Below are positions 1-13,199 of a stretch of 64,000 nt of DNA, piece after piece. The notes below the pieces were generated by a model, which ran no database searches, was not told the origin of the DNA, and saw only the letters and a program-made list of their open reading frames with translations. The stretch comes from Eledone cirrhosa. Lineage: Eukaryota. A program made the position numbers and the translations under genes. Where the stretch lies: NCBI GenBank assembly GCA_964016885.1, contig OZ024745.1, positions 18,910,001 through 18,974,000 of the forward strand, read 5' to 3'. Position 1 is the first letter of the stretch; every line of letters starts with the position of its first letter.

Positions 1-804
1 TTTCAATTTCTTCCAAAATCTAACGTCGATTTTGCATTGTTGTAGCCTTCAATTAACTTAGTACTTTATCAAAATTATATTTAGTTTATTATATTTGCTC
101 CATTTTATTGTTTATTTTGTACGTTTTATACAGATATTTCATCATTCTTTTCTTTTCTTTTTTTTTTTCTTCAATTACTTATCTGGCCAGGAATCGTCAT
201 TATAGAAGCCATGAGATATTGTGGACTATATGTGAGATATGCATCTCTCAAGAGAAGAAGAATTATCTTTTACTTTTTTTTACATTATTAAAGCAATACT
301 TTTGAATCTATTAATAGGTGCTGCCACCATATCCACGTGCTGTCTAATCCGTGTCATTAACTAGTTTATGATATATTAACTAGTTTATGACATTTGTTTT
401 GCTTCGGGTCACGTAGATAAATATATAATTAGTGAGAACAGATTCGAACATACCAATCTTAATTCATCTCCTGAACTATAAATATATCATATGTAATCTG
501 TATTTTGAAAGAAATGAAATGAAATCAATAGTTACAGATTTGGTATTGCTTATTTACATTTTTCTTCTCTTGCGTCCCTGCTGACAATACCTCGTCAGAT
601 AACTAATTTTAAAAGATATGTAGGAAAGGAGGTGAAATATTGGTATTCACAGACAAAATATAGAGAATAAAATTGACTAAGCACAATGAATTAAATGTGA
701 TTTTGGTGTCAGTTTCTTTAAAAATCTTTAAAATATTTTCTAACCAGTTAGCACCATATGTTTCAAACCAATGAAATACAAGCTACCGCTTGCGTAAATA
801 AATA

Positions 805-901
805 CACACATATATATGTGTGTGTGTATATGTGTGTGTGTGTATATATATACATATACATGCATATATTCATATATATATATATATACATATATATATA
901 C

Positions 902-933
<32 letters not shown>

Positions 934-973
934 GCAAGTATGTATGTATACATATATATACATATATATATGC

Positions 974-1050
<77 letters not shown>

Positions 1051-1112
1051 CAAGTATGTATGTATACATACATACATACATACATACATACATACATACA
1101 TACATACATACA

Positions 1113-1143
<31 letters not shown>
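805..1143. repeat. Compound microsatellite (TG)n/(TA)n/(TACA)n; representative of dozens of such tracts in the window
   Basis: Direct reading; others include 1488-1648, 20423-20513 (CT)n, 29441-29567 (TG)n, 43618-43927, 48281-48437. Confidence 0.97.
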
Positions 1144-1493
1144 CAATGTCTATTATATATATATTTCAATTGAATAGTCTTTAGTTGCGGTTCGATAGCC
1201 TGTTTGTGGAAAGGGAAATTGGAAATAGTTGTTAAAAGCGTAATTATCTTTCTATCCAGCTGAGAATTTCCACATCATGCAGGTGATGTTGATAAAGAAA
1301 AGTCCATCAATTCACTCCAACATTTTACGCAACAACAGTTTATTGGCTCCGATAAGCAATGATAAACATCTTATTTGCTTTTCATAATAAGCCTTTAAAT
1401 TTACCTGAAATATATATCATACATACAATGCATATATATATATAAATTCACCTGAAATATATACATTCATACAATGCATTCAAACGTATATAC

Positions 1494-1542
<49 letters not shown>

Positions 1543-1558
1543 TGTGTGTGCGTGTGTG

Positions 1559-1652
<94 letters not shown>

Positions 1653-1932
1653 AATACATTGTACATACAGACAAAGGTAAAAAAAGAGAGACAACAATGC
1701 AACTTGTATAATCTCCGGCCTCATGAGGTCCTAGGTTTGGGAAAGAAAGAAAGAAAGAAAGAAAGAAAGAATGAATGAATGAATGAATGAATTAGTGAAT
1801 TAGTGAATGATTAATTTTATATATATTCATATATGTATGCATATATTTACATATAAGTGTCTTTGCCTAAGTGTGTATGCATACATATAAATACACAGTG
1901 AACGTTTGAATGTGTCTTTGCACATATCAACT

Positions 1933-2022
1933 CATATATCTGATGAGATGTCGAGGACGATTCGCGTGCTGGTCATTATAACTGTACTCTGAGCTGATCG
2001 ATATTGAAACGATCGTAGTATG
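1933..2022 (+). ncRNA. Type I hammerhead ribozyme, extended stem II
   Basis: CTGATGA at 1940, stem II GATGTCGA...TCGATATT, GAAAC-GATC-GTA, weak stem I; AATAAA at 2025. Confidence 0.7.
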
Positions 2023-2209
2023 ACAATAAACTTTATATATAATCTGCAATAGTGACTTCGATCCTACTTTCCTTTATTTCCACTCTGTATACTACAGCCC
2101 CCTTAACTCTGGAATGAAATCCAACACTTGACGGACCTTGTAACAGTACCGAGTGCTTTGATCGGCGCACCACCTGTAACGTAGTTACACATTTAATTAA
2201 CATTTAGTT

Positions 2210-2276
<67 letters not shown>

Positions 2277-2336
2277 TATTATAAAGTATAAAGTCTCGAG
2301 ACTTGACGGCTGATCTCTTGCCGTTTCAACAGCTAC

Positions 2337-2411
<75 letters not shown>

Positions 2412-2415
<4 letters not shown>

Positions 2416-3120
2416 CAAAAGGAAGGAATATTTAATTTGTTGGGAATTCAACAAATATATATATGTTTATAACTGATTCGAAGCACTCGACAAGTTTTCT
2501 GGAGTATAATATCAATAAAATAACGTTTTTCAGCCCTATACCTCAGCCTCATTTGCATATTCATCTTAATAATTTGAAATATTTTACTTTTCCTCTCTTT
2601 CCCCTCTTTCCTTTTACTATCCAGGAAAGACTTGAACCGTTAAGATCTCCTTCCTGGATATGTCAATATTTATAAAACAAACTTTGTATTTTATCTGATG
2701 AGAGCGTACCAAAGTTTTGGCTCCTTTGTAATATATATAATAGAATAAATATGGTTTTATAAATACAGTTTCCATTTATTAATATCATTGATATTATACT
2801 TCAAGTGCTTCGAATCAGTTATAAACATATATATTTGCTGAATTACCAACAAATTAAATATCCCTTTTGCTTATAAATAGCTCCTTCAATGTTGAGCAAT
2901 TTAAACTATAACTGACTGCAAAAATGAATAATGGAATTCTTTGGGATTTCTTCTTCTTTAAAGGATGTACCCTTACCTAGAAATAAGGAATCTCTGAAAC
3001 AACTCATAGAAAAATCTGACTCCTTCATAAGAAGACTTAGATGGCGTGCTTTCCATTTAGATAAAAGAAAATCGGAAAACAAAATAAATAAATCCACACT
3101 TAAAACGCCCGTATGAGTAA
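2412..3120 (+). mobile_element. PLE pLTR remnant with inverted arm, followed by the start of a PLE-like ORF
   Basis: 2412-2487 inverted to 2804-2875; ORF 2931-3116 (SLKDVPLP...LIEKSDSFIRRLRWRAFH) resembles PLE N-termini; degenerate HHR at 2687-2830. Confidence 0.65.
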
Positions 3121-4769
3121 AAATACTTACACACAGACACACACACTATTGTTGGTTGGGGAGTGGAGGTATGTGTTGTCGATGTTGATGAAGTATGGAG
3201 TTGTGTTTTGCGGTGGTGGTGGTGGAGTTGTGAGGGACAAAAGTATATATACCGGATCGAATACCGGTTAAAAGGTGACATAGGGAACGCGGAGGAAAAG
3301 CGTTTATGGACGTACAGCGATGTGTGTTGTGGACATGGTGATGGGGTGATATGTTCGACAAGATGATTACATGATCAGAGGTTACGGTGTGTTATATGAT
3401 AGGCAGACGGGGGGTGGGGGATATATAATACATTCTATTTGGGAGCGAAGGATGATATGTGTTGATGATGTTAATGATAATGATTGTTGAAGTATGTATT
3501 TAGTGGTGGCGGTGGTTGTGTGTGCGTGTGACAGTACAGTTACAGGGTCGAATTTAGCGTGGGGTTGTAGGTTAGGGTAGATAGAGGGAACATGGGGGGA
3601 TGAGGTTGTAGGCGAGTATGGTAGGCACATGACGATGTGTGGTGTGGTGGTGGTGGCGATGGTGTGATATGATCGACATTGTATTTACAAGGTCCCTTGT
3701 CATTGTGGATTGCAAGGTAGAACGTATCATAAGATACCGATTTAATACGATGTTGCAACTATGAGGTGTGTGTGTTGATGTGAATTTTGGTGGTGGTGAT
3801 GATGGTGATGTGTGCGGCATGATATACAAATTCGGGCTTAGAAATGGTAACATAGAGTACAATACAATAAGTTCATTGAGGTGGGCGATGTTGAGACGGG
3901 GTATAGGTGGTTATTAATATGGTGTGTCATGGTTAGTGTGATTTTTGGTGTGGGTTATGTATGCGGCATGATATACAAAATACGGGCTTACATATGGTTA
4001 AATTCAATGCAATGAAATAAGATAAAGTGAAGTTAGATTAGAGTTGAAGTTCGTTGAGATGGGCGATGGTGAAACGGGGCAGGTGTGGTTATTATTATGG
4101 TTGGTCATGGTTAGTGCGTGGTCTTCCCGCGAAAGTTTGTGCAGAAAAGGTGCATCCTAGTGTGTCTGCAATTGGCAATTATGTCCGACCTATAGTGTAT
4201 GACGGAATCAAGTTTAATTATTTCCGCCACCTCAGCTAGGCACAATCTGCTGTGGTTTCTGTCACTGGGGATGTATGTCACACGTCATTTTACTGACCAC
4301 GAGAAAATGTTGATATGTATTATTAAAAAAACAAAAGTAATGTAAGTAAGGATATATTGTGAGATGAGCATGAATAAGTTAGATGAAAGGGAGAAAAAAA
4401 TAATGAATTGAGGATGAATAATCTAACGTCAAAAAAAATGTGTTTATGTTTACGAAGGATTTTTTTCAAGGTGATATAAGGTAAGAATATACTGTATTGT
4501 GTAGTAATTGCTTCTATGTCAGGCACAGTGAGAAAAGGTACAGATTAGGGGTTAGAAATTAAAAGAAAAAGAAAAGAAAAGGAAAAGGAAGAAAGGGAAG
4601 TGATAAATAGGAGTGATATAGAATGAGTAACAAGTATTATATAATGTATAATAAATAAGTTTGAAATAAGGTAGAAAGATGGGTATAATTTTAAAGAAGT
4701 ATATATATATATATGTGCCTTTGAGAAAAGGATTCTAAATTGATAAAGTATTGGATATTAACTGTATAC

Positions 4770-5872
4770 TTATATAGTTTCTTGATTTAGAATGGGATTA
4801 AGAACATTTAGCGAAGTTGTGTTTGACGTTGTATTTGGGTTTGCAGAAATTAGCCTAGAGTTTACAATGACGTCGGGAGTACTATTACTATTATTATGAT
4901 ATTCAGTGTTGGAAGGAAGAGATTTAGTATTTAGTATTTTATTGTTGTGTTTAGAGATAATGTTGGAAATGTTGGAGGATGTCGAATAGGAAAATTTTAT
5001 AGTGTGTTTGTTAAATATTTTACTATAGATATGTGAGGGAGGGAAGCATTTATTTAAGGCACTAAAGAATAATTTAGGAATATTATTATTAATAGAGATA
5101 GAGAAAGGAGCATTATACCAGATTATGCTTTTGTATCTAGGTCTTTTATTAAAGTTATTGGAATGATCATGATTAATTATTCTACTGTAAGATCTTCTAG
5201 AATTTGTTTCTTTACTATATTTGATTTTATCAGGATAGCCGGCTTTAGAAAGAAAGCGCGTTATTATAGTAATTGGCGTTAGCATCAAAGATATTTTTAT
5301 TAGAAGATAGGTTAGATATTCTTTTTCCAATATTACTAACTATAGCATTCTTAATATTAGTGGGGTGGTTAGATCTAAAATTAACATAATTTAGGTTCTC
5401 ATTGTTTTTTATGGTAAGGGATTATCCTTAGGCCAGTGTCAAGATTAAGAGATACATCCAAGAAATTAACTAGTTTGATGCTGTTATCAAATTCAATTTT
5501 TAAGTTATGTTTGTTAAAGAGATTACGTATATTGTTCTTAATAATATTAAGGTTAACTATGTTGCAATTTAAGATAGTAAAGAGTTCATCGTCACGATAA
5601 ATTCCACCGCGAAGTTGAGGAATTTTCCGACTCGAAGAGTTCAAAATGAAGATACCAATTAAATCTGTCAATTGGGATGAATCGGATGCTCCCATTGTGA
5701 TGTCGAAGTTGTTAGAGGTATCAGCTCTGGTCCAATATTCATTGTTGAATTCTAGGATGGTTTTACGTGCGGTTAGAATGATGTGAAGTTCATCTGTGGT
5801 GATGTCAGAATATTTAAATGCGAAAGATAGAGCATTGTTGAGAAGTGAAGGCGAAATCTTATTCATGCTCAT
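4770..5872 (-). pseudogene. Hydra-type PLE RT fragment
   Basis: FDITMGASDSSQLTDLIG, GGIYRDD, VNFLDVSLNL, WYNAPFS; collinear with the 54-56 kb ORF; 5857-5934 is an inverted copy of 4303-4380. Confidence 0.85.
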
Positions 5873-5914
5873 CTCACAATATATCCTTACTTACATTACT
5901 TTTGTTTTTTTAAT

Positions 5915-6085
5915 AATACATATCAACATTTTCTTTCCATCGCACATATTATTAAACCCTTAAATATTATTCTTAATACATATTAACATTTTCTTTCCAT
6001 CGCACATATTATTAAACCCTTAAATATTATTCTTAATACATATTAACATTTTCTTTTCATCGCACATATTATTAAACCCTTCAAT
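5915..6085. repeat. 60-bp tandem repeat, ~3 copies
   Basis: AATACATATTAACATTTTCTTTCCATCGCACATATTATTAAACCCTTAAATATTATTCTT. Confidence 0.9.
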
Positions 6086-6445
6086 ATACAAACCTTAACT
6101 TTACATTATTTTTCTCTTCGTTAATTTTCAAATTCTTTTAATTTATACATCTTACAACGGTTTTTCAACCTCTCTATGTAAAACAATATATTTTTCTCAG
6201 TTATAAAAGCTATCTCTCTCTCTCTCTCTATCACCCATCTCTCCTCCTATCTCATCCTTCCTCATTATACTCCTCCCCCTCCACTTTTTACTCTCATCTC
6301 CTCCTCTTTTTCATCCTTTCCAACCTCCCTCCCCCTCAAAAAATTTTTTTCAAAATATCACACATCAATCTAAAACTACTTTTCATATGTTGATTTAAAA
6401 CTGCACTATCCACAAGTGTTTTTTAACCTTCATATCATGTCTTCC

Positions 6446-6516
6446 TATTTTATCTGATGAAAACACAAATATTATTGCATGATGATATTTGTTTTTGAAA
6501 GGCGCATAATAAAATA
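6446..6516 (+). ncRNA. Type I hammerhead (one stem III substitution relative to the 51-kb copies)
   Basis: TATTTTAT-CTGATGA-~16-bp stem II-GAAA-GGCGC-ATA-ATAAAATA. Confidence 0.75.
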
Positions 6517-6639
6517 CATGGAACTCTTTTAACCATCTTTTGATCTTATATATTATGTATACTCCAGTCCTACAAACTGTGGAGTGCTTCTTATCCGATA
6601 TCTGCATTGCTTTATTGTACTACAATAAAACTCACCTCC

Positions 6640-6760
<121 letters not shown>

Positions 6761-6802
6761 GGTGTGGGTGTGTGTGTGTATACATACATATATAAATATA
6801 TA

Positions 6803-6994
6803 TAACAAAGAAAGTGTGGTAAGGAACCAGGTGGACCATAATGCACCAGAGTACTCGATTCTTAGGGTAGTAGAGTGGGTAATAGGAAAAGAGTCAGGAC
6901 CCCGACGGCTAAGCTCCGGCCGTTTCGACAGCTAGATCCGAACTAGCTGTCGAACGGCCTGAGTTTAGCCGTCGGGGTCCTGACTCTTTTCCTA
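6803..6994 (-). mobile_element. ~135-nt (TA)n-inserted element (family B) with inverted arm; other copies at 10036-10137, 25624-25761, 37322-37521, 50881-50989, partial 2290-2340
   Basis: Shared GTGTGGTAAGGAACCAGGTGGACCA and AGGAAAAGAGTCAGGACCCCGACGGC blocks; hairpin arrangement 6882-6934/6943-6994. Confidence 0.75.
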
Positions 6995-7213
6995 TATATA
7001 TATATATATAATCATTTATTTTTTGACTGTTTATCAATGGGTAGATCCGGTAGTTCGGGTTGGTAAATTATGATGCAACAAACTAATTAAAGCACTCAAC
7101 GTTATGCAAATCCTCCATCGTACATGGTTGGTGCAGGAACGGAGTAAAGTATTCATTAAAAAAACAACAGAAGGTCGGACTGGAAAATTTCTTCAGAATT
7201 TTAATTCTACGAA

Positions 7214-7288
7214 AACACTATACGTATTTCGATGGCCCAGCTCAATCATCCTATTATGATGCAAGACAAGGCTATTTCATCAGGTGTT
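7214..7288 (-). ncRNA. Type I hammerhead
   Basis: Reverse complement: AACAC-CTGATGA-aATAGCC...GGCCATc-GAAAT-ACGT-ATA-GTGTT. Confidence 0.75.
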
Positions 7289-7470
7289 ATTTGTAGAATT
7301 ACGTAATAGGATTACGCTGAAACCAAACATAGAATGGAAGATAGGAGAAAAAATAGAAGATAGAAAATAGATAATTCAATTCGAGGAAAGCCTGCAAATA
7401 TAGTGTTATATCGGTAGGAGACGGTCCCCGAATTATCCAGTCGGGCCTTCTGTTGTTATTTTAATGTATG

Positions 7471-7805
<335 letters not shown>

Positions 7806-7810
<5 letters not shown>

Positions 7811-9998
7811 TACAGAATAATCAAAACTATGGTCAAAACATTTTATTGCTGACAATCGTTTCTTCCAAACTTTCGTTTGGAATCATCGGAGCGTTAGCAA
7901 AGTTTAGACATATAATTAACCTCCTATTCCACAGAACAATCGTAAAGGCACGTAGATATTACTGTTGTCACTAACGGTGTCATATTTAAAGATTGAAGGG
8001 TGATGTTAGAATCATTGGGTGCGACAAAGATTATAAAAGAATAATACAACAATTATAGAAGAATTAAAGAAGAAAGTTACTCTCAAAATGAGGACTTTAG
8101 CGGTACATAGGCAAACATATAGAAAGAGTGCAGATGTATTAGGCATGTACAGAGTAACAAGGTGAAAAAACGAACAATGGTACTAAGCATATATATTACA
8201 GTATGGAAAAGGTATCACATAATACAATACAGGTGTAAAAGCATATCTAGCAAACAGAGATGCGTGGGTATGAAAAGCAGTTTCTATGATAGTTTATGGT
8301 GAATGCAATGTGAAAATTGTTCCGGTAATGTTCAAATGTATGTGTTGTGAGTGTTAATACCAAGGTTTTCTTTCCATTACATTGGTTATATTTTAGGAAA
8401 TGTTTATCAGTAGCTACAACTATGGATTGTGTATTGGTCTCACTACAATCTTATCAAAGGCTAGAGATGTTCTGGAGTGATCTGTCTAACGGTTTAATTT
8501 CAGGAAGTGATTAGAGATCTACACTAAGGGGAGCTAATGGGAAGGGGGGGGGGGGGCTAATTGCTGATTAATTTGTGTATAAGAGAAAAATGTATAGTCT
8601 GGTGTTAGTTATTTATGACTCCAATTAGTTAAATTCTATGTGTTAATATACAATATATTATATTATAAGTGAATCCTTTTATATAATGCTATTTATTTTT
8701 ATAATTTTATATTTTTATACTTAATTTTATATACAATCTGTTATCTATATAATATTTTTAAAGTTTCAATTTACCACTACCTACCCATATACTAATTAAA
8801 TGAATGAAATATTGGTAAGGAAGGTATTGTAGTTATATTAAGTGGTGGTAACTTTATGTTTATTCCCAATAGTTATTGTTGAGTATAAGATCTGAGATAA
8901 ACAGGAGATAAGTGGAGGGATGAGCTGATACACGAATGTGATCTATGGAGGTATTATATGCTGATAAAACCTAGAGGTAAAGTGTTAACGGTGGTGAGAA
9001 ATCCAATCTGACATTGTTATATATTAGCAGCTAGGTTTGAAATTGTGGAAAGGGTGTCAGTGGTAGTGTTGGCACGTGAAAAACTTTCTGATTTTCTATT
9101 TTAAAGGTTTAGCTTAGAATAGATTATAGTGTGAGTCTCTAGAAGACAGATGTTACATAATCTATTCGGTGGTTTATACGAGGTGGCCCTATCTATTACT
9201 TCCCATTGAAGTGTATATGGTCTATTCCTAGTTTTCAGAGAGTGTATGTAGGTAGATAAAGAAGTGTAATTAGCTAGATTGCAATTTTTGAAAAGGTGAA
9301 GATGCGAGTTATATCTCGTCTTGAAGTAGTTCGAAGTATAACCAATATATGTTTTCGAAGTGTTTTTTGTAACAACTGTGCATGAGTAAATGATGTCTTT
9401 GATTAAGCAATTTTTTTCCCAAGGGGCAAGTTCTATTTGTTCTACAATTACAGTTATTTTGGTTGTTTACTTGCTGGTTAATAGGGTGTGTAGATGCATG
9501 GTTGTTAGGGAGAGAATTTGGGTAATGATGATTATAATTCCCATTGTTATTAATTTCATTAGTGCTATTAATATTATTATTACTGCTACTAGAATTCTCC
9601 GGTACTATGTTGTTATGTAGGTTCACCCCCTGTTGTGATTTATTTAATTTGGAAATTATTAATCTTCCTTTTATTACTACTAGCTATATGGTTCGCGATG
9701 TTAGGTGTGGTAGAGTAAGAGATTTTAATGGTATTTTTATTGATAAAATTATGGTTTTCTATGGCCGACTGGGAAGTTATTTTCTAAGATTGAGAAGAAA
9801 GCCTTAGGCAAGTTGGTGGAAACGTTTAAAAGGGGGATTGAAAATGTATTAGTTCTTCTTCTATTTATGCGATTATTTTTTGTAATGTTAGTTGTAGTAT
9901 TGTTTATATTTCTGTTTATATTATTATTATTAGGATGTTTATTTTGGTGCGAGTTAACTTTGTTATTACCCTTCATACTAGAGTTAGAGTGGCCAGTA

Positions 9999-10000
<2 letters not shown>
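7806..10000 (-). mobile_element. 5'-truncated decayed Hydra-type PLE (C-terminal region + 3' UTR)
   Basis: STNLPKAFFSILENNFP, CNCRTNRTCPLG and a frameshifted GIY-YIG remnant at 9100-9400, similar to the 54-56 kb ORF; variant HHR at 7846-7900. Confidence 0.8.
7846..7900 (-). ncRNA. Variant hammerhead, CCGAUGA core
   Basis: Reverse complement: GCT-CCGATGA-TTCCAAAC-GAAA-GTTTGGAA-GAAAC-GATT-GTC-AGC-AATAAA. Confidence 0.75.
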
Positions 10001-10037
<37 letters not shown>

Positions 10038-10315
10038 CGAAGGAAGTGTGGTAAGGAACCAGGAGGACCATAACGCACCAGATTACTCAATACTTAGGGT
10101 AGTAGAGTGGTCCAGAAATAGCCGTCGAAACGGCTTAATATATATATATATATATATATTAGGCTTGTTGGTTCACCACTGGTTCACCACTGGATAGAAC
10201 TGCTCATTCGAAGACGGCCGACTGAGGTAGAAGCTGCTAAAGAGTCGGTCGTCCTCTTGTCTCTGATTTTCAGCCCCATGGATTTTATCTGTTATATTCC
10301 TTTGTTATATTTTGA

Positions 10316-10373
10316 ATACCTGATGATGTCACCGGATTCATACTGAACCCGGTCATTGAAATGATCATAGTAT
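10316..10373 (+). ncRNA. Type I hammerhead
   Basis: ATAC-CTGATGA-stem II (ACCGG..TTCA/TGAA..CCGGT)-GAAAT-GATC-ATA-GTAT-AATAAA. Confidence 0.75.
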
Positions 10374-10418
10374 AATAAACCTTTCAAGGATTTACACCAG
10401 TCCAGCCACCTGTTATTT

Positions 10419-10450
<32 letters not shown>

Positions 10451-10453
<3 letters not shown>

Positions 10454-10501
10454 TATGTATTTATACGTACATACATATATGTATACAGACGTACAGTAGC
10501 A

Positions 10502-10537
<36 letters not shown>

Positions 10538-10968
10538 CAGGTACACATACATATATGCACGTATCAGTTTAGCGGACGCTTATTATATCGCCGCTTTGTT
10601 CGTTTGTAAACAAACTGAACAGCCTGTATTTTTATGCCGTACGGTGTTAAGGCAACCACGTCACCTTTTTGTTCAACACTGACACAGGAACGATGTACTA
10701 GTTTCAAGCTTGTTAGCTATCATCAGCACCGTATACCCTTCTGCCAGATAGTTGAACGTTCGAAAGTATATACTTTCCTTATGAAAATTAACGGCTGAGC
10801 AGCCTAATTTGCATATCGAGTGAGTCAAGTCGGTCAGGCATACCGAAAACGATAAGTTGAAATAAAATGAAAACGAAATTTCATTTCTCACTCTTAGTAC
10901 GGCACTTACTTAAATGTAAGTATGTGTGTATACGTACATACATATATGTATACAGACGTACAGTAGCA

Positions 10969-11024
<56 letters not shown>

Positions 11025-11160
11025 CTACTGTACGTCTGTATACATATATGTATGTACGTCTGTATACATATATGTATGTACGTATACACACATACTTACA
11101 TTTAAGTAAGTGACGTACTAAGAGTGAGAAATGAAATTTCGTTTTCATTTTATTTCAGCC
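10451..11160. mobile_element. Non-coding HHR element (family A), more than one unit plus inversion
   Basis: Direct repeat at 10451 and 10918 (467-nt period); 11020-11157 inverted to 10860-10970; HHR and ATTTGCAT at 10807. Confidence 0.8.
10690..10732 (-). ncRNA. Type I hammerhead in ~467-nt non-coding unit
   Basis: Reverse complement: ACGGTG-CTGATGA-tAGCTaacaAGCTt-GAAAC-TA-GTA-CATCGT. Confidence 0.85.
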
Positions 11161-12412
11161 TATATATATATATATATATATATATATGGTATGTATGTAT
11201 TTATGTATGTATATATATATATGGTATGTATGTATATTGTTTGCGTATTTAGATATGTGTACATGTGTGTGTCTCCTACCTTGATTAGAATGTGATATTC
11301 ATACGAGCTGTTATGGTAGGGTGACTAAGTACAGCTTTCTGTGTATAATGAGTTAACTTTTGAGGAGTGAAGATATAAAGTTTTAATCTAAAGTTAGATT
11401 GCCTTTTAATGTAGTGTCTGCGAGCATCTCTGTGGAAGACTGCTGTCATAGTTCCTATGACAGTCTTGGATATTTGGGCTTCACTCAAGTGCCATTTCAC
11501 ACTCCATAAATAGTTTTCCTGTCAAACATATTGTTCGTTTTTGTTATGACTCATAGCTCTTGTTATCGTCGTCGTTGTTGTTCTTGTTATTGTAGTCGTA
11601 GTGATAATTGTTGTTGTGGTGTTGGTCGTAGTCGTGGCGGTGGTGGCTGTGGTGTGGGGGCGATCTGGGGTGGGGCTGTGGTGGTCGTGGTGGTGGTCGT
11701 GGTGGTGGTCGTGGGGGGGGGGGGGGGGGGGGGGGCTGTGGTGGTGGTAGTGGTGGTGGTGGTGATTGTTTTTAACGTTGTGTTTGTTGTGGTGGTGGCG
11801 GTTGTTGTCGTCCTGGTGGTATTGGTGGTGCTGGTGGTGGTAATGGTAGTGGTGGTGTTGGTGATGGCTATGGTTGTGATTGTTATTATCGTTGTGGTGA
11901 TGATTGTTGTTATCTGTTGTGTGGTTGTTGTGGTAGTGTGGGGTGAGGATGTGGTGATGGTTGTTATTGTTATGGTAGTGATTGTCGTTGGTTATTGTGT
12001 TGTTGTTATCGTTGTTGTTGCTATTGTTGTTGTTGCTATTGTTTCAATATCGAATGACTTCACATGGTTGGCTACCATTGATCGTATTTTAGGATTAAAA
12101 GTTAGATATCTGTCTGTGGATAATATTAGAAATATAAACAATATAAATAATAACAAAATAAATAATATAAATATCAATAATATAAATGGCGAGTTAGTTC
12201 CACTTCAGTAATTAGTAATATATAGGGGAGTAGCCACAATGTAATGTTACTAATTAGATAATTCACTGGTAGATTTAATGATGTGGTCGCAGTAGGGCTA
12301 AGTGGTTAAAATCAGTGACGTAGCTAGAGTAAGTGCTGCCCGGAGCAGCAGTTTGTGGCGCTCCCGGACCACCACAAAAAATACATATGTTAAAGTTATA
12401 TATATATATAAG

Positions 12413-12478
<66 letters not shown>

Positions 12479-12609
12479 GTGAGGTTTTTTTTACAAAATG
12501 AAAAATAACCGAGGTGTCCTACACGAGTGAAAGTATAAAGAAAAAGAGATGAAATCGAAAATGCAACTGAAGTCTTATTTTTTTTTTAAATATATATATT
12601 TATTTGGTT

Positions 12610-12647
12610 CCTTTACCGGTTTCGCAGTTCTTCTGCTTTTCAAAAGG
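12610..12647 (-). ncRNA. Variant hammerhead, UUGAAAA core (U3-A8)
   Basis: Reverse complement: CCTT-TTGAAAA-GCAG-AAGAA-CTGC-GAAAC-CG-GTA-AAGG; sense to the PLE ORF. Confidence 0.75.
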
Positions 12648-13160
12648 TGAGTTGAGATGAAGGGTCTGTGGTTTTTCTCACATCTGGTTGGTCTCTGAAT
12701 GTTACTTGTTTTATATGGAAAAAGTGGCTCGAAATTCCAGGTTTTTCGAGAAGTAATTTGATTGGTTTGTCAATAATTATAATAAATTTCGCGCCAGTTC
12801 GCGTTACAATAGTTCTTCAAATAAGAGAGGGGGTGGGGGGTTGTCACAGGTTGTTTTTTCATATATGAGTGTTTGAATTTCTTTTTACTTGAAAAAAGGA
12901 GGCTCACGAAGGCTTTTTTTGGTTGGTTATAAATGAAATTTGGCTGTCACGTGAACAAGTTTTTATTACATTTTTGCGCCCTTATTTGGAAAACTATTCT
13001 GTAGTCTTTATAGTGAATGTTATGACAATGGAGAGATAGTGGTCAAGAGAAAAGGGATTGGGAGAAATGTTCTGGTTCAGTGAATATGGCCAGCTCGCCG
13101 GGGTGTCAGAGTTCAGATTTTCTATTGAGACTGAAGATATGTATGTTTATTTGTGTGCTT

Positions 13161-13199
<39 letters not shown>

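Noticed and set aside
529-605. HHR relic on the - strand (CTGACGA, 7-bp stem II, 7-bp stem I)
   Set aside because: The GAAA...UH segment has collapsed to AAATCT; not called as a ribozyme.
740-1184. ORFs of [12 protein letters not shown], poly-E or poly-S here and throughout
   Set aside because: Stop-free reading frames of microsatellites, not genes.
2687-2830. HHR-like motif with long stem II
   Set aside because: GAATCAGTT instead of GAAA-N..N-UH; treated as degenerate.
3146-4115. GT-rich region with ORFs and an internal ~140-bp duplication
   Set aside because: Low complexity with no recognisable domain; possibly a decayed retroelement UTR.
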